Counted from the first letter of the stretch, positions 26,512 through 37,554 are shown. The stretch: DNA of 53,064 nucleotides from a virus (IMGVR_UViG_3300025009_000137:1-53064), one strand, 5' to 3'. Numbers and translations: made by a program. Notes: a model not told the origin generated them from the letters alone.

Positions 26512-29500
26512 CTAAGAAATTATTTTAGAAGTTATTGTCCCTGAATTAATTTTTTTCAGATAATCAGATAGTAAAGGTTTATTGATTTTTCCACCACTAT
26601 CCACTGTAAACTGAGTATAAAACCCATCTTTTCCGAATATATGAGTTATTGATGTTATCGTACCAATTAAATTCGGCCCGTCATCATCAATAATTTGTGC
26701 AGCATCGCCAATAGTTAACTGTGGTCTAATCGGCCCAACGAATTCTTCTACTTCTCCTGAGTTACTTAATCTATCAGCAATTTCTGTAGCTAATAATGCG
26801 GCAGAAATTGAAGTTGTCCCATCTGGAGCTTGTTGATATAATGTTTTCTGTGCAGGAGGAAGCCAACCAAGATTTGAAGATACTGATCTATATACTTTTA
26901 TCGTAAAATCTGAAGTATGAACACATACTCTTCCATAAGTATCATTATCATCTTTTGTTATTTTTCTTGAAAAAACATCTTTATTTCTGTAAAAAGTGTA
27001 AGTCCCAGATTGTGTAAATGCTTCATCTGTAAATTCAGCGATAACTACTTTACCATCTGCCTCTTCTTTAATACTCCAATCTCTTATATTAATTAAAACG
27101 TCGTTAATTCCTTTAAGTATTGACTGGTTAGGAGAAAATTCTATTCCTAATTCAGTTTCTTCTGAACCAACATAATAATAATTTATGCCAAAATCTGTTA
27201 ATATTTGAGTTAATAATAATTCAATTGTTGTTTTTGGATATATATTTCTTTCATCAAAAGTTTGATCATTTAAATATTTTCCAATTGAATTACGTGCATT
27301 AACATTAACATTTTCCATACCTATCATGAAACTTGTCCGATCAATATAAAAAATCCCCATCAAAAGAGGATCTGAATCACCAGTTTTAAAGTTTAATTTT
27401 ATTTTTGAAGCAGGAGGATAATTTGGAATATATTCGTTATTCCCTGTCTGCCACTGTAAAGAAGGATATCCATCAGTAATACTAGATAGTTTCCATATAG
27501 TATTAAAATCCCAGCTTGAGAAAGTTGACTGAGTTTTCATTTCTGCTGTGGTTTTTGGTTCTCCTTTTCCGGTGTCGGATTGCCCGGAAATTTCTGAATT
27601 GTAATAACAACTCGTTATTATGCCACCTGACTCTGCCCATGCCTCGTATTCCCATCCTACAAAACCACCAACATCAAGGCCAGAACCAACTACAGCCCCA
27701 GCAGAATAACAATTAATTAGTTGGCAAGCACCATAGCACATAAATCCACCGACTCCGGCATCTACTACACCATTGCTTTTCGCATTTCCTAAAAAATAAC
27801 AATTAGTTATAATTCCGTCCCAACATGAAGCCGTAAAGCCACCAACAACTTTATTACCAGTTACATTACCAACTGCGTAACATTCTTCTATTGAATTTCC
27901 CGCCAATATGTCGGTAAATCCGGCAAACCCACCAGTCATCTCACCACCAACCACGTCGCCTAAAGCATATGACCTTTTAACCTCTTCCCCCAGAAACCCA
28001 ACTAATCCACCTGCATATTGTCCCATACAGGTCACTTTTCCTGTGGCGTAACAATCTTCTATCTTAGTGTCGCAATGGGCGACCAACCCACCAGCATGCC
28101 CATATAGGTGCCCATAAGAGATATAACCAGTCACCGTAATGTCACCTGTTGCATGACAGTTTTTTATGGGTATATCTGAATAACTTTGACCTATTAAACC
28201 ACCCGCCATACTGGAGGTAACTATATTACAAGTTGAATAACAATCATGTATATTGCCTGTATTGTGTGCAACTAATCCACCAATCTCACCTAAGACGTCG
28301 CCAGTTATTGTCCCCCTAGAACAACAATTTTTTACCTCACTATCATCATAATTACCGGAACATATCCCACCGAAACTATAATCACTTATACTACTAACAT
28401 TTACGTCTGCGGTGCAATAACTTATCTCCCCACTTACATAATTGCCGATGGACACACAAGCATTACCACTTACGTAACAATTTGTTATTATACCTGCGTG
28501 ATATTGTGTCGCAATTGCTCCCATACCACCAATATTAGCGTCTATTATTCTTACATTTTTTATTATCCCAGTCGGATGCGTACCAACAAATAACCCTTCA
28601 CCGGATAACCCAATAATCTTATAGCCATTTCCGTCATAAACACCCTCAAACAGTCCGTTTGGAGGCCCGACTAAAGATGTCCAAGCTCCATGGCCAGTTA
28701 GGTCAATATCGGCCATCTGAATATAATTACCTGCCATGTCTTCAGTCACGGCAAGTAAATCGGTGACTGTGTAAATACCTGTGTACCCTTCTGGCACTTC
28801 AGTAAGTGGCGTAACCTCCTGATAACCGATAACAATCGTTTCCTCTGGTGCTCCAGGTACAACTTCCCCTGTCCTGTCAAAACTATCAACTTCTAAACTG
28901 ACTGAAACAACCGGGGTATCTTGTCTAATGGATATACTACCACTAACCAACTTCAGTGCTTCCTCTTCATCTGCTGTTTCATCCTGAGCAAATATTCGAT
29001 GTTGCCCTCTTGACCTCCAAGCAATCCAAGTTTTATCAGCAAAATATTTAGCTTTTAATCTGGAAATATAACTATCTGAAGCCATATTAATTGTTGCACC
29101 AAAATCAATAGTATCCCAAGAATCTGAAAAAGTTATATCATTTTTTGATAATGATTGTATTTTGTTTATAAAATACAATTTTGGCACATCTTCTATAGTT
29201 TGAATTAAATTTCCATATATTCCTAAAGGTAATGTTTTTGTATATTCTATTGTCATACTATCTTGTTCAGTTAATACCCAATTCATTGCACCATCAACAT
29301 CTGTTATAAAACCTATACGATTATCATTAGTTTTAAATAAATTCAAAGTATCAACATCATCAGGGATATCAGTTATTTCTACTTCTGCATCCCATGAACT
29401 GCCATTATATTTTCTATAATATGTAATTCCATCAACTATGTAAGAACAAATTAAACCTTGACTTGTAGTACCTTTTATAGATGAAATAGTTATTCCCAAT

Positions 29501-30834
29501 GGATCATAAAATATTTTAAGTATTGGATATAAACTTTCATCTTGATCAATAACCCAATAACTCCAAGATAACCAATCCTCATATGTTGATTCTAAACCTA
29601 ATTCAGAATTAGTTTTCCCTTCTCCACCATTAGTAGTGGCGGCAGTATTTACATCTGAATTATAATAGGCAGGTGATTGATATGTAATTTTACCTATCGG
29701 ATCATCAGGGAAATAAGGCGCACCCCTATAGCCGATAATAACACCTTTCCTACTACTTGCAGTAACAGAACCAGTGCAATACATATCTTTAAAATCTAAA
29801 TAGCTAGGGAATACATAACCAATCATCCCACCAACTTGGGATACTCCACTTACATTACCATGACAAAATGAACTTGCTATATTAGGTGAACGATAACCCC
29901 CACCTTGTCCTGCACCAACTAAACCACCAACCCGATAATAACCAGTTACATTTCCTAAAGAATAACATCTATCAATTCCTTCAAAATGTGTATAACCAAT
30001 TAATCCACCAATTCCTAATACAGAAGTATTCCATATTTCTGGTTCTGTATAATTTTCAGTACCAGTAATATCACCTTCTGCATATGATTTTCTTGACAAA
30101 GACCTACCTAAAGTAGCACCTATTAATCCACCTGCTACTTTAGTTCCGGTTACATCACCTAAAGTATAACAAAAATCAAAAAGAGCATTATTACTGGCTA
30201 AACCAATCAATCCACCAACAACATTCCCACCTGTGACAGCACCAGAAGTATGTGATTTATAAGCCTTAATATTTATCGTTTGACCTATTAATCCACCTAT
30301 GTTACTTCCACTTCCGGTAACTATTGCAGAAGAATAACAAGTATTAATACAACCTGCTCTAATATCATATTCATCAAAAACATCATAATCCGGCCCTTCT
30401 GCTAAACCGATTAATCCACCAACATTATCTTCACCGTCTACTGTTCCAGTTGAAGAACAATTTAAAACTAAATCAAATTCTGGTGATACTTGTTGTGTAG
30501 TCAATAACTTACCAATTAATGCTCCTACATTATCTTTACCAATTACATCAGTATTGGTTAATACAATATTTTTCAAATTAGGATTATTAGCTAAAACATT
30601 AAATTCACATACACCAAATAATCCAACATTATCTTCAGTTGGTCTATTAATAGTTAAATTATCAATAGCAAATCCATTTCCATCTACAATACCTAAAAAT
30701 GGATTTGCTATTGTTCCTATTGGTTCAAAATTTGTATATCCTACTAAATCAATATCAGCACCTAAAATATAATCACCTGAAAGATTATTTCTAATATTAT
30801 TAAATTCAGATGCATTTAGTATTGTTATAGCTAT
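26512..30834 (-). CDS. Large tail tip/adhesin protein with two GLUG-repeat domains and a hub-like C-terminus; probable ATA start
   Basis: Many VGGLIG/AGGLVG repeats; the frame stays open 86 codons upstream of the called TTG, to SD GAGGTG-5 nt-ATA. Confidence 0.8.
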   Translation of the reverse strand: MAITILNASEFNNIRNNLSGDYILGADIDLVGYTNFEPIGTIANPFLGIVDGNGFAIDNLTINRPTEDNVGLFGVCEFNVLANNPNLKNIVLTNTDVIGKDNVGALIGKLLTTQQVSPEFDLVLNCSSTGTVDGEDNVGGLIGLAEGPDYDVFDEYDIRAGCINTCYSSAIVTGSGSNIGGLIGQTINIKAYKSHTSGAVTGGNVVGGLIGLASNNALFDFCYTLGDVTGTKVAGGLIGATLGRSLSRKSYAEGDITGTENYTEPEIWNTSVLGIGGLIGYTHFEGIDRCYSLGNVTGYYRVGGLVGAGQGGGYRSPNIASSFCHGNVSGVSQVGGMIGYVFPSYLDFKDMYCTGSVTASSRKGVIIGYRGAPYFPDDPIGKITYQSPAYYNSDVNTAATTNGGEGKTNSELGLESTYEDWLSWSYWVIDQDESLYPILKIFYDPLGITISSIKGTTSQGLICSYIVDGITYYRKYNGSSWDAEVEITDIPDDVDTLNLFKTNDNRIGFITDVDGAMNWVLTEQDSMTIEYTKTLPLGIYGNLIQTIEDVPKLYFINKIQSLSKNDITFSDSWDTIDFGATINMASDSYISRLKAKYFADKTWIAWRSRGQHRIFAQDETADEEEALKLVSGSISIRQDTPVVSVSLEVDSFDRTGEVVPGAPEETIVIGYQEVTPLTEVPEGYTGIYTVTDLLAVTEDMAGNYIQMADIDLTGHGAWTSLVGPPNGLFEGVYDGNGYKIIGLSGEGLFVGTHPTGIIKNVRIIDANIGGMGAIATQYHAGIITNCYVSGNACVSIGNYVSGEISYCTADVNVSSISDYSFGGICSGNYDDSEVKNCCSRGTITGDVLGEIGGLVAHNTGNIHDCYSTCNIVTSSMAGGLIGQSYSDIPIKNCHATGDITVTGYISYGHLYGHAGGLVAHCDTKIEDCYATGKVTCMGQYAGGLVGFLGEEVKRSYALGDVVGGEMTGGFAGFTDILAGNSIEECYAVGNVTGNKVVGGFTASCWDGIITNCYFLGNAKSNGVVDAGVGGFMCYGACQLINCYSAGAVVGSGLDVGGFVGWEYEAWAESGGIITSCYYNSEISGQSDTGKGEPKTTAEMKTQSTFSSWDFNTIWKLSSITDGYPSLQWQTGNNEYIPNYPPASKIKLNFKTGDSDPLLMGIFYIDRTSFMIGMENVNVNARNSIGKYLNDQTFDERNIYPKTTIELLLTQILTDFGINYYYVGSEETELGIEFSPNQSILKGINDVLINIRDWSIKEEADGKVVIAEFTDEAFTQSGTYTFYRNKDVFSRKITKDDNDTYGRVCVHTSDFTIKVYRSVSSNLGWLPPAQKTLYQQAPDGTTSISAALLATEIADRLSNSGEVEEFVGPIRPQLTIGDAAQIIDDDGPNLIGTITSITHIFGKDGFYTQFTVDSGGKINKPLLSDYLKKINSGTITSKIIS

Positions 30835-30879
30835 GTAATCACCTCATTTCAGACAAAATAAAAAACACCTCAAAGGGTG

Positions 30880-31344
30880 CTATCTAACTACTGATTTTAA
30901 TTCTGTACCTGCTGGTTGTGTATCCACTCCATCCCATTGCAAACACCAAATTTTGTCATAACTTATACCACGTTCTACCCAAAATAACCAAGGATTTTCA
31001 CCGTCAAATGATATGCTTACATCTCTGACTTTTGCATCTACTTCTTCAGTTACGAGTGAAAATGTTCTATCAGGTGTAGAAAAATCAATATTATCAATAT
31101 AATTGTAAACATTTACAATTGCTTGGTTATCTACAATAGAAATAATCCATATTTCTGATACTATAGAATCTACTATTTTTGGTGCTAAATCTATACTTCC
31201 TAAAACTCCTGATTGAATTGTTTGTATATCAAGCACTCTATTAGCCTTTACTATCACTGCTTCCATTTTCGGATCAGCATTGTTGTAAATAGTTTGTTGT
31301 ACTAAATTAATTCTCTCTTGAATGTCGGAGGGTAAACTTCTCAT
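30880..31344 (-). CDS. Tail/baseplate protein
   Basis: Synteny between the TMP and the tail tip gene. Confidence 0.55.
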   Translation of the reverse strand: MRSLPSDIQERINLVQQTIYNNADPKMEAVIVKANRVLDIQTIQSGVLGSIDLAPKIVDSIVSEIWIISIVDNQAIVNVYNYIDNIDFSTPDRTFSLVTEEVDAKVRDVSISFDGENPWLFWVERGISYDKIWCLQWDGVDTQPAGTELKSVVR

Positions 31345-31694
31345 TAAATATAACCCTCCTCAGATACGATTAATACAATACTTGTTTGATATAAACCAGC
31401 TTTTATTCTTGTCCAATTTGGAGATTCTTTTATAAATCCAATGTAATATTTGCTGTCTAATACAACTTTTACAGGAGTTGCAGTTGATTCATATGTATCA
31501 ATTAAATTTTTACTATCTTCATATACACTTATTGTATTTATATTAACTATTCTTGCTCCATTTCCAATAACTTGAACATGAAAAGAACCATCAAGTAGAC
31601 GATTTAAAACTTTAATAGTATCGTAACCAGGAATAACTGAAGCAATAATACTAGAAATAAGTGTATTATCAATCTTGTATAATGCACTACTCAT
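31344..31694 (-). CDS. Putative distal tail protein
   Basis: Immediately after the TMP; NRLLDGSFHVQ. Confidence 0.55.
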   Translation of the reverse strand: MSSALYKIDNTLISSIIASVIPGYDTIKVLNRLLDGSFHVQVIGNGARIVNINTISVYEDSKNLIDTYESTATPVKVVLDSKYYIGFIKESPNWTRIKAGLYQTSIVLIVSEEGYI

Positions 31695-33253
31695 TATATT
31701 CTTGCCTCCTCCATCAATTTATTCATCACAATGTCAACTACTCCCATAAGTTGATTATTATCATTAACACCTTTTACAGTTATTGTTCCGCTATGATTAA
31801 CTGTTTGGTTTAGTCTTTGTTCTGGTGTTAAAACTTGTTCGCCATTTCTAAGTATTGCTAATCCTTCACCGTTTGAACTATGAAAAATACCGCCATCATG
31901 GAATTTAGGAATATTACTAATATTAATACCCCAATTTTCGCCACCAACACCAGGAACCCAATCTGGAATATCTATATTAATTTGGTTTAATCCGTCAATG
32001 ACTATATTTACTCCATCAATTAACATATTAATAAAAGATTTAAATGGAGAAGAAATATCATCCCATAGATTCATAAAGAAATCTTTAAATCCTTGCCAGT
32101 GTTCAATTATATAATCTACAGAAATCCCTACAACATCAGAAATTCCATTCCATACATCAATAGCAAGTTTTTTTAATTCATCCCAATTCTTGTAAATTTC
32201 ATAACCTAGATATATTAATCCTGCAATTAATCCTGTGACAAGCGTTATAGGCGCTGTGACTACTTCAAATGCAACCGTAAATGCGACGGCTAAAGCAGGT
32301 AAAATATTAACTGCAAGTGTTGTTAATCCTGCTATTAACGGCCCAGCTAATGTTAATCCTCTTAAAAATGTTACTGCTTTAACTATTTGTCCGATACCAA
32401 AAATTATTTGTCCAGTTACCAAAATGATCGGCCCTGCAACAGTAGCAATTCCAGCAATAACTAATATAGTATCTTTTGATGTTTCAGATAAATTATTAAA
32501 CCAACCTACTAAATCTTTGATAACAACTGTAATTTCTGTAACAATAGGTGTAATAATTTTACCTAATTCTGCCATTTCTTTTTGTAAATCATAAGTAGCC
32601 TGATTACTTTCGATTAATGCTTTATTTACTTCGGTATATTTATCATAAACCTGCGTTAATCCAAGTTCTGCCATAGTTTGCAAAACTAAATCTGTTTCTG
32701 TTCCATTTGTTTTTGCTGTCGCTAATTTAGCATTAAAATCAGTTAAATTTACGCCCATACGGTTTAACATTTCGTCAAACATACCAGTTGTTGCTCCAGC
32801 GGCAAGAGATTCTTGAATATCTGAAGCTAAACCTTCAGGGTTAAGTGTCTCACCAAATTTTACACTAGCCGCCACTAAATCTTCGGTTATTTTTTGAAGT
32901 TGATCACCTTTAAATCCAGTAGCTAATAAGTTACTTACAGTTTCAGTATTTGCTCCTAAATCATCCCTTAAACCAGCCAAAGTTCTATATGATTCATTAA
33001 CTTCTTCTATTTTTACACCAGCACTATCAGCATTAACCTCTAATTTTCCTAATTCTGTTCTTAACTCTTTAGTACCTTCTGTAGCTAATGCCATTATTCC
33101 TATCATTGGTGCAGTTATACCTAAAGACATTTTTGATCCAATGTCTGTCATTCTCTGCCCAACATTTTGCATTTCTCTTTGTGCTTCTTCTAAACCTCTG
33201 CGAAAAGCTGTCATATCAATATTTAATCTTACAAATAATGAACCAAGTTCCAA
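31694..33253 (-). CDS. Tail tape measure protein (short, 519 aa)
   Basis: ELGSLFVRL N-terminus, hydrophobic middle, W/F-periodic repeats, IPKFHDGG. Confidence 0.85.
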   Translation of the reverse strand: MELGSLFVRLNIDMTAFRRGLEEAQREMQNVGQRMTDIGSKMSLGITAPMIGIMALATEGTKELRTELGKLEVNADSAGVKIEEVNESYRTLAGLRDDLGANTETVSNLLATGFKGDQLQKITEDLVAASVKFGETLNPEGLASDIQESLAAGATTGMFDEMLNRMGVNLTDFNAKLATAKTNGTETDLVLQTMAELGLTQVYDKYTEVNKALIESNQATYDLQKEMAELGKIITPIVTEITVVIKDLVGWFNNLSETSKDTILVIAGIATVAGPIILVTGQIIFGIGQIVKAVTFLRGLTLAGPLIAGLTTLAVNILPALAVAFTVAFEVVTAPITLVTGLIAGLIYLGYEIYKNWDELKKLAIDVWNGISDVVGISVDYIIEHWQGFKDFFMNLWDDISSPFKSFINMLIDGVNIVIDGLNQINIDIPDWVPGVGGENWGINISNIPKFHDGGIFHSSNGEGLAILRNGEQVLTPEQRLNQTVNHSGTITVKGVNDNNQLMGVVDIVMNKLMEEARI

Positions 33254-33270
33254 TATATCACCCCTTTCAA

Positions 33271-33779
33271 CTAAAATAAATGATCAATATATCCTTTTTT
33301 AGGTGAATTAGGATTATTTTCATCTTCTTTTAAATTAGCAACAATTATCAAATCCCAAAAAATATCAAGTTCCATATTATCAATTTGTTCAGGTGTCCAT
33401 TGAAAAGATTTTGCTAATTGTAGATAATAATAAACTATACCTTGATATTCCGATAAAGTATTTTCCCTATCGGATTTTATGCGTTTGGGAGTTGTTTAAC
33501 TTTTGAATTTACGATACTTCCTATCCATGTTGATATTTCTGTAAATTTTGGCATTAATTCATCTAAATCTAAACCATCTTCTATTAATTCAGGAGTAACT
33601 TCTTTATTATTAAAACCAATTGAAATTAAGTTAAGCATCTCTTCATATGCTTTTTCATCTTGTGCTAAATTCTTATTAGCAAAATTATTATTGAATTTAA
33701 TTATTTTTCTCCATACTCCAGCTTTGGGTGTGCCAGCGGTATAGTCTTTTCCATTTAAAGTAATAGTAGGTGCTAACAT
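33271..33779 (-). CDS. Tail assembly chaperone with -1 frameshift extension
   Basis: Short form 33477..33779; slippery C CCA AAC at 33483..33489, hairpin 33449..33474; -1 frame open to TAG at 33271 (WTPEQIDNM). Confidence 0.8.
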
Positions 33780-33844
33780 ATTAAAAAACCTCCATATTTT
33801 ATTTTTGTATTATATTAAGGGAAGAATTAACTTCCCTTAATTAT

Positions 33845-34729
33845 TTAAGCAGTTGTAAAGTTAATAACATTAGCAGATGCAATAGCATTTCCTGCTATAT
33901 CTTTCACGCCACCTTTGGTAACACCAGCAATATATACACTAGATGAAGCTAGATTGCTGGTCGGATTTAAAGTAACTATAGTATGAGCATCATTAATAGA
34001 AATTGCAAAAGGAACGTCTGTACCATCTGCTTTAACTATAAAGAAATTATCTAATATAGCTGTGCTTGCTTGAATAGCTTCACTAAATGTAAGAACAATA
34101 TTTGCATCTATAGCAACACCAGTAGCCGCATCAGCAGGTACAGAAGTAACAGTAGGTGCAGTAGTATCAGCTTCACCTTCTACAGCAGTAAACCAGTTCG
34201 TACCTATTGTAGATACATAATCTATATGATCTTCATCTACTTGTTTAATCCAAGAATTATCATAATCTAACCTAATAAAACTAGCTTTCATTTTGGGAAT
34301 TTGGAAATTAACTTTATCATTTTTAGTTTGATGATTAATTTCTGGTAATTGGAATTTACCCTTATATAACCACACATACCTATAACTTCCATTTGATTTT
34401 AAAGATTTAAACCCTAAAGCTATGTAAGGACTGACATCAGTTGATTTTCTTTTTAATATACCGCCTGTAATCGTGTGTCCTAGTAAAACAGCCTGTACTT
34501 CTAATGGTAAATCTTTAACTTCTATTTCTACATCTACTTGTCCCATTTGTGAAAATACTTCGCTTGGAGCATCATCAGACCATAAAACACCACTTGAAGA
34601 ATTTGGATTTATGTTTGCTGTGATAGCACCTGGAATTGAAACAGGTGTTTCATAAGTAACACCTGAAACTGTATCAGAAGTTAAAATTGCATAATGTAGA
34701 TTGCTTAAGCCAACTTGTGTTCCTGCCAT
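33845..34729 (-). CDS. Major tail protein (phi13-like) with C-terminal Ig-like domain
   Basis: VGLSNLHYA, PYIALGF, YRYVWLYKGKF; DTTAPTV...FSE...KDIAGN. Confidence 0.9.
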   Translation of the reverse strand: MAGTQVGLSNLHYAILTSDTVSGVTYETPVSIPGAITANINPNSSSGVLWSDDAPSEVFSQMGQVDVEIEVKDLPLEVQAVLLGHTITGGILKRKSTDVSPYIALGFKSLKSNGSYRYVWLYKGKFQLPEINHQTKNDKVNFQIPKMKASFIRLDYDNSWIKQVDEDHIDYVSTIGTNWFTAVEGEADTTAPTVTSVPADAATGVAIDANIVLTFSEAIQASTAILDNFFIVKADGTDVPFAISINDAHTIVTLNPTSNLASSSVYIAGVTKGGVKDIAGNAIASANVINFTTA

Positions 34730-34749
34730 AAATAACCCCTCCCTTTAAT

Positions 34750-35151
34750 TTAATCTCTTGTTGTTGCAATTGCATAATTGCAAATAAAAACAGATCGCTC
34801 ATTTGCGTCTGTTTCAAGTTTGAATGGATTTTGCAAAGCATTGATAATACTTACCCTTGTTTGAGTAAGTTGAATTCCTTCACCTTTATCTTCTATATCT
34901 AACAAATTAAAAATCGCCCAGGCTTTTGACCGAGCGACTGAATAACTTTTATTTCTAACCAATATTTGTATTCTTCTATCTAATGCACTAACACCTGTGG
35001 TAGTAGGTAATCCGGCATACTCAAAAACGCAAATAATATTGTCTAAATCTGGTTTATTATCAAGAAAAATATCTGTTCCTATTGATGTTGCCAAACTATT
35101 ATTAATTAAATAATTAGCTACATCTCTAATTAATTCTGCTAAGTCAATCAC
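34750..35151 (-). CDS. Tail terminator / minor capsid family protein
   Basis: IQILVR, DANER...FICNY; synteny. Confidence 0.65.
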   Translation of the reverse strand: MIDLAELIRDVANYLINNSLATSIGTDIFLDNKPDLDNIICVFEYAGLPTTTGVSALDRRIQILVRNKSYSVARSKAWAIFNLLDIEDKGEGIQLTQTRVSIINALQNPFKLETDANERSVFICNYAIATTRD

Positions 35152-35154
35152 CTC

Positions 35155-35493
35155 CTACTCCCTTAATGCTGAATTAATTCTATCGTTTGTAAGTTGAATA
35201 ACTCTATCTTTATTTCTATTAAATGGATCTTCTAAAAATTTAGCTTTGCCATCTATATGTAAAATTTGTAAATCCTCATGTTGTTTTAAAGCATAAGGTG
35301 TATTATACAAAATAACTACAGAATCATCTTGATCAATTACTGTTCCACTTCTTCTTAATGTACCAGATTCAATAGGACATTCATCAATAGATTCAGTTAA
35401 AATATGTTCTGCTCCATTGTGCATTGCTTGCATACCAACACGTTTAATTAATCTTTCAATCGCATTACCATTCCATGTTAAATCACTACTCAT
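35155..35493 (-). CDS. HK97 gp10-like neck protein
   Basis: PIESGTLRRS, YNTPYALKQHE, AKFLE. Confidence 0.75.
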   Translation of the reverse strand: MSSDLTWNGNAIERLIKRVGMQAMHNGAEHILTESIDECPIESGTLRRSGTVIDQDDSVVILYNTPYALKQHEDLQILHIDGKAKFLEDPFNRNKDRVIQLTNDRINSALRE

Positions 35494-35786
35494 TAAACAC
35501 TTACCTCTCTAAATTGGATATTACCTTCTAAATCTGTAATATCTGATACTGCTAATACAGTCCAATCTCTGCTATACCAAGTAATAATATCATTCGGTAA
35601 TACTACTGATTTTGTATATATTGTTGCTTCAGATACTACTTCTTTTCCTTGTGAATTTCTAACAATTTTCCTTTTACCTTCCCATCTTATATTTATTGTA
35701 GATGAAGTAGTAATTGATTCTCCGTATTCATTAACACCAGTAGTCGTTTTTAATGTAGTAGTTTGATTTAAATAATTTTCTATCAT
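35493..35786 (-). CDS. Head closure protein
   Basis: NEYGE and VRNSQGKEVVS; synteny. Confidence 0.6.
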   Translation of the reverse strand: MIENYLNQTTTLKTTTGVNEYGESITTSSTINIRWEGKRKIVRNSQGKEVVSEATIYTKSVVLPNDIITWYSRDWTVLAVSDITDLEGNIQFREVSV

Positions 35787-36325
35787 ACAATACTCACCGC
35801 ACCAGCTAAATAAGGTTTAAGCAATTCTTTTGCATCCTGAGAAAGTAACCCTCTCCCTGCACCATCTTTAAAATTTTCGCTCATTCCACTTAAAGAAAAA
35901 TTGCTAACCCCTTCCTGCTGTAATTTTCTTCTTTGAGAATTTCCTCTTTCTAGCAAAGTTAATGCTTCTTCACATTGTGCTTCTTTTACATTTTGTGTAA
36001 CCTCTTCTTCACAATTCCAGATAGAATAGCAATTTATATAAGGTTCATATTTTGTTAAATTAATAGGACGATTAATTAGTAAATTATAATCATTTCTTTT
36101 ATCTACAACATAGCATCTTGGAAAAGCAAGTATTTGACCTTCAACTTTTTTAATTCCTTTATAAAATTGTTTATTAATATTTTTACAAGCCATAATCAAC
36201 GCTCTTGATTTATTGTCTGTGCTTGCCGAAGTCCAAGTATCAGAATAGAGCCTATTATTAAAATATGTGTCTGCATCTGTCACAGATATATAGCTATTTT
36301 CATTTACGGTAATTAATACTGCCAT
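35783..36325 (-). CDS. Head-tail connector (adaptor) protein
   Basis: NSYISVTDADTYF, LAFPR, VKEAQCE, LLKPYL. Confidence 0.7.
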   Translation of the reverse strand: MAVLITVNENSYISVTDADTYFNNRLYSDTWTSASTDNKSRALIMACKNINKQFYKGIKKVEGQILAFPRCYVVDKRNDYNLLINRPINLTKYEPYINCYSIWNCEEEVTQNVKEAQCEEALTLLERGNSQRRKLQQEGVSNFSLSGMSENFKDGAGRGLLSQDAKELLKPYLAGAVSIV

Positions 36326-36345
36326 AAATCACCACCACCTCTATA

Positions 36346-37188
36346 TTATCTCATATACTTATTGTATTCCTGTTTCCTACGTTCTCTTGAAGAATGAGCA
36401 TATATTAAAGTTGTCGATGGTCGTACATGCCCTAAAGTTTTCATAATAACATCTAATGAAGCACCATTTTCTAACATTGTTGTTGCCGTTGTATGTCTCC
36501 ATCTATGGGGAAATACATTAGATTCTACTTCTGAATTTTTAGCAATATCTTTTACAACTTCACGAATTCTGGCAATGCTCATTCTGCGGATTGGATTTCT
36601 TTCAGTAACAAATAATGCCTCACAGGCATCATTTCTACTATCTAGATATTTTTTTAACCAAATCCTACATTTTTCAGTAAAAAATACTTCTCTTTCTTTA
36701 TCACCTTTCCCTATAACTCTGACACCCCTATCTTGCCAATTAACGTCAGAGACATTACATCCAAAAACTTCTCCAATCCGACAACCAGTTGAATAAAAAA
36801 ATTCAACTAAAGATTTTTCTAATAATGTTTTACATGAATCTCTAATTAATTCAACTTCTTCTATGCTTAAAGATTTTGGTATTCTTGTACCTTCTTTTGG
36901 CTCTTTAAGTTTAGAAGAAATATTTTTATCTATAAAATCTTCCTCATGCAAATAACGAAAAAATGAACGTACAAAACGAATTCTATGTCCTAAACTAGCT
37001 GGCTTTAAATGCTCTTGTTGAATTAAATATTCTTTTAAATGAATATAGGTTATAGAAGTTATATCTACATCTCCTAAATATTTAATCAATAATTTAACCT
37101 GTAAAGAATATGCATTTAAAGTATGAGTAGAATAATTTAACAATTTCTTGTCTTTTTCATAAAATTCATATGCCCTTGACAACAACAA
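36346..37188 (-). CDS. XerC/D-like tyrosine recombinase embedded in the head-neck module
   Basis: TGCRIGE, GKGDKER, HRWRH, LGH...TLIY. Confidence 0.9.
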   Translation of the reverse strand: MLLSRAYEFYEKDKKLLNYSTHTLNAYSLQVKLLIKYLGDVDITSITYIHLKEYLIQQEHLKPASLGHRIRFVRSFFRYLHEEDFIDKNISSKLKEPKEGTRIPKSLSIEEVELIRDSCKTLLEKSLVEFFYSTGCRIGEVFGCNVSDVNWQDRGVRVIGKGDKEREVFFTEKCRIWLKKYLDSRNDACEALFVTERNPIRRMSIARIREVVKDIAKNSEVESNVFPHRWRHTTATTMLENGASLDVIMKTLGHVRPSTTLIYAHSSRERRKQEYNKYMR

Positions 37189-37201
37189 TATTATCACCCC
37201 T

Positions 37202-37275
37202 AGTTATATAACTTATATAACTAGAATATACTACTTTTATTGATACTTGTCAATATAGGTTATATAACTTATAAT
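37202..37275. promoter_or_regulatory. Divergent promoter region with GTTATATAACT operator repeats
   Basis: Minus TTGACA-17-TATATT at 37225..37253; palindromic AGTTATATAACT-type repeats on both sides. Confidence 0.6.
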
Positions 37276-37297
37276 ACTTTTAGGAGGTGATTTATTT

Positions 37298-37465
37298 ATG
37301 GCTGTTGATAAAGAAAAGAATGTCCAAATATTAGTAACATTCCCCAATGATATGCTTGAAGATATAGAAAAATATTGGCATGAGCAAAAACTGAAAAATA
37401 GAAATGAAGCTATTAGGAAACTTGTTAAAATTGGTTTAGAATCTGAAAAGACCTCTAAAAAATAA
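37298..37465 (+). CDS. Ribbon-helix-helix regulator (55 aa)
   Basis: SD AGGAGGTG; VQILVTFP...RNEAIRKLVKIGL; divergent from the recombinase. Confidence 0.8.
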   Translation: MAVDKEKNVQILVTFPNDMLEDIEKYWHEQKLKNRNEAIRKLVKIGLESEKTSKK

Positions 37466-37525
37466 GAGGTCTTTATTTTTATTCATTTTTAAGGTTAAAT
37501 ATTCAATCATCACACTCAGTTTACA

Positions 37526-37547
37526 AACTAACGCACCTTCGTTAGTT
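37526..37547. other. Palindromic putative tyrosine-recombinase site
   Basis: Identical to 194..215. Confidence 0.6.
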
Positions 37548-37554
37548 GGGTAAA

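Noticed and set aside
36346-37188. Second recombinase as a prophage boundary integrase
   Set aside because: It lies between capsid and neck genes, and the adjacent RHH gene and site recur at the same slot in A, so it is an internal module.
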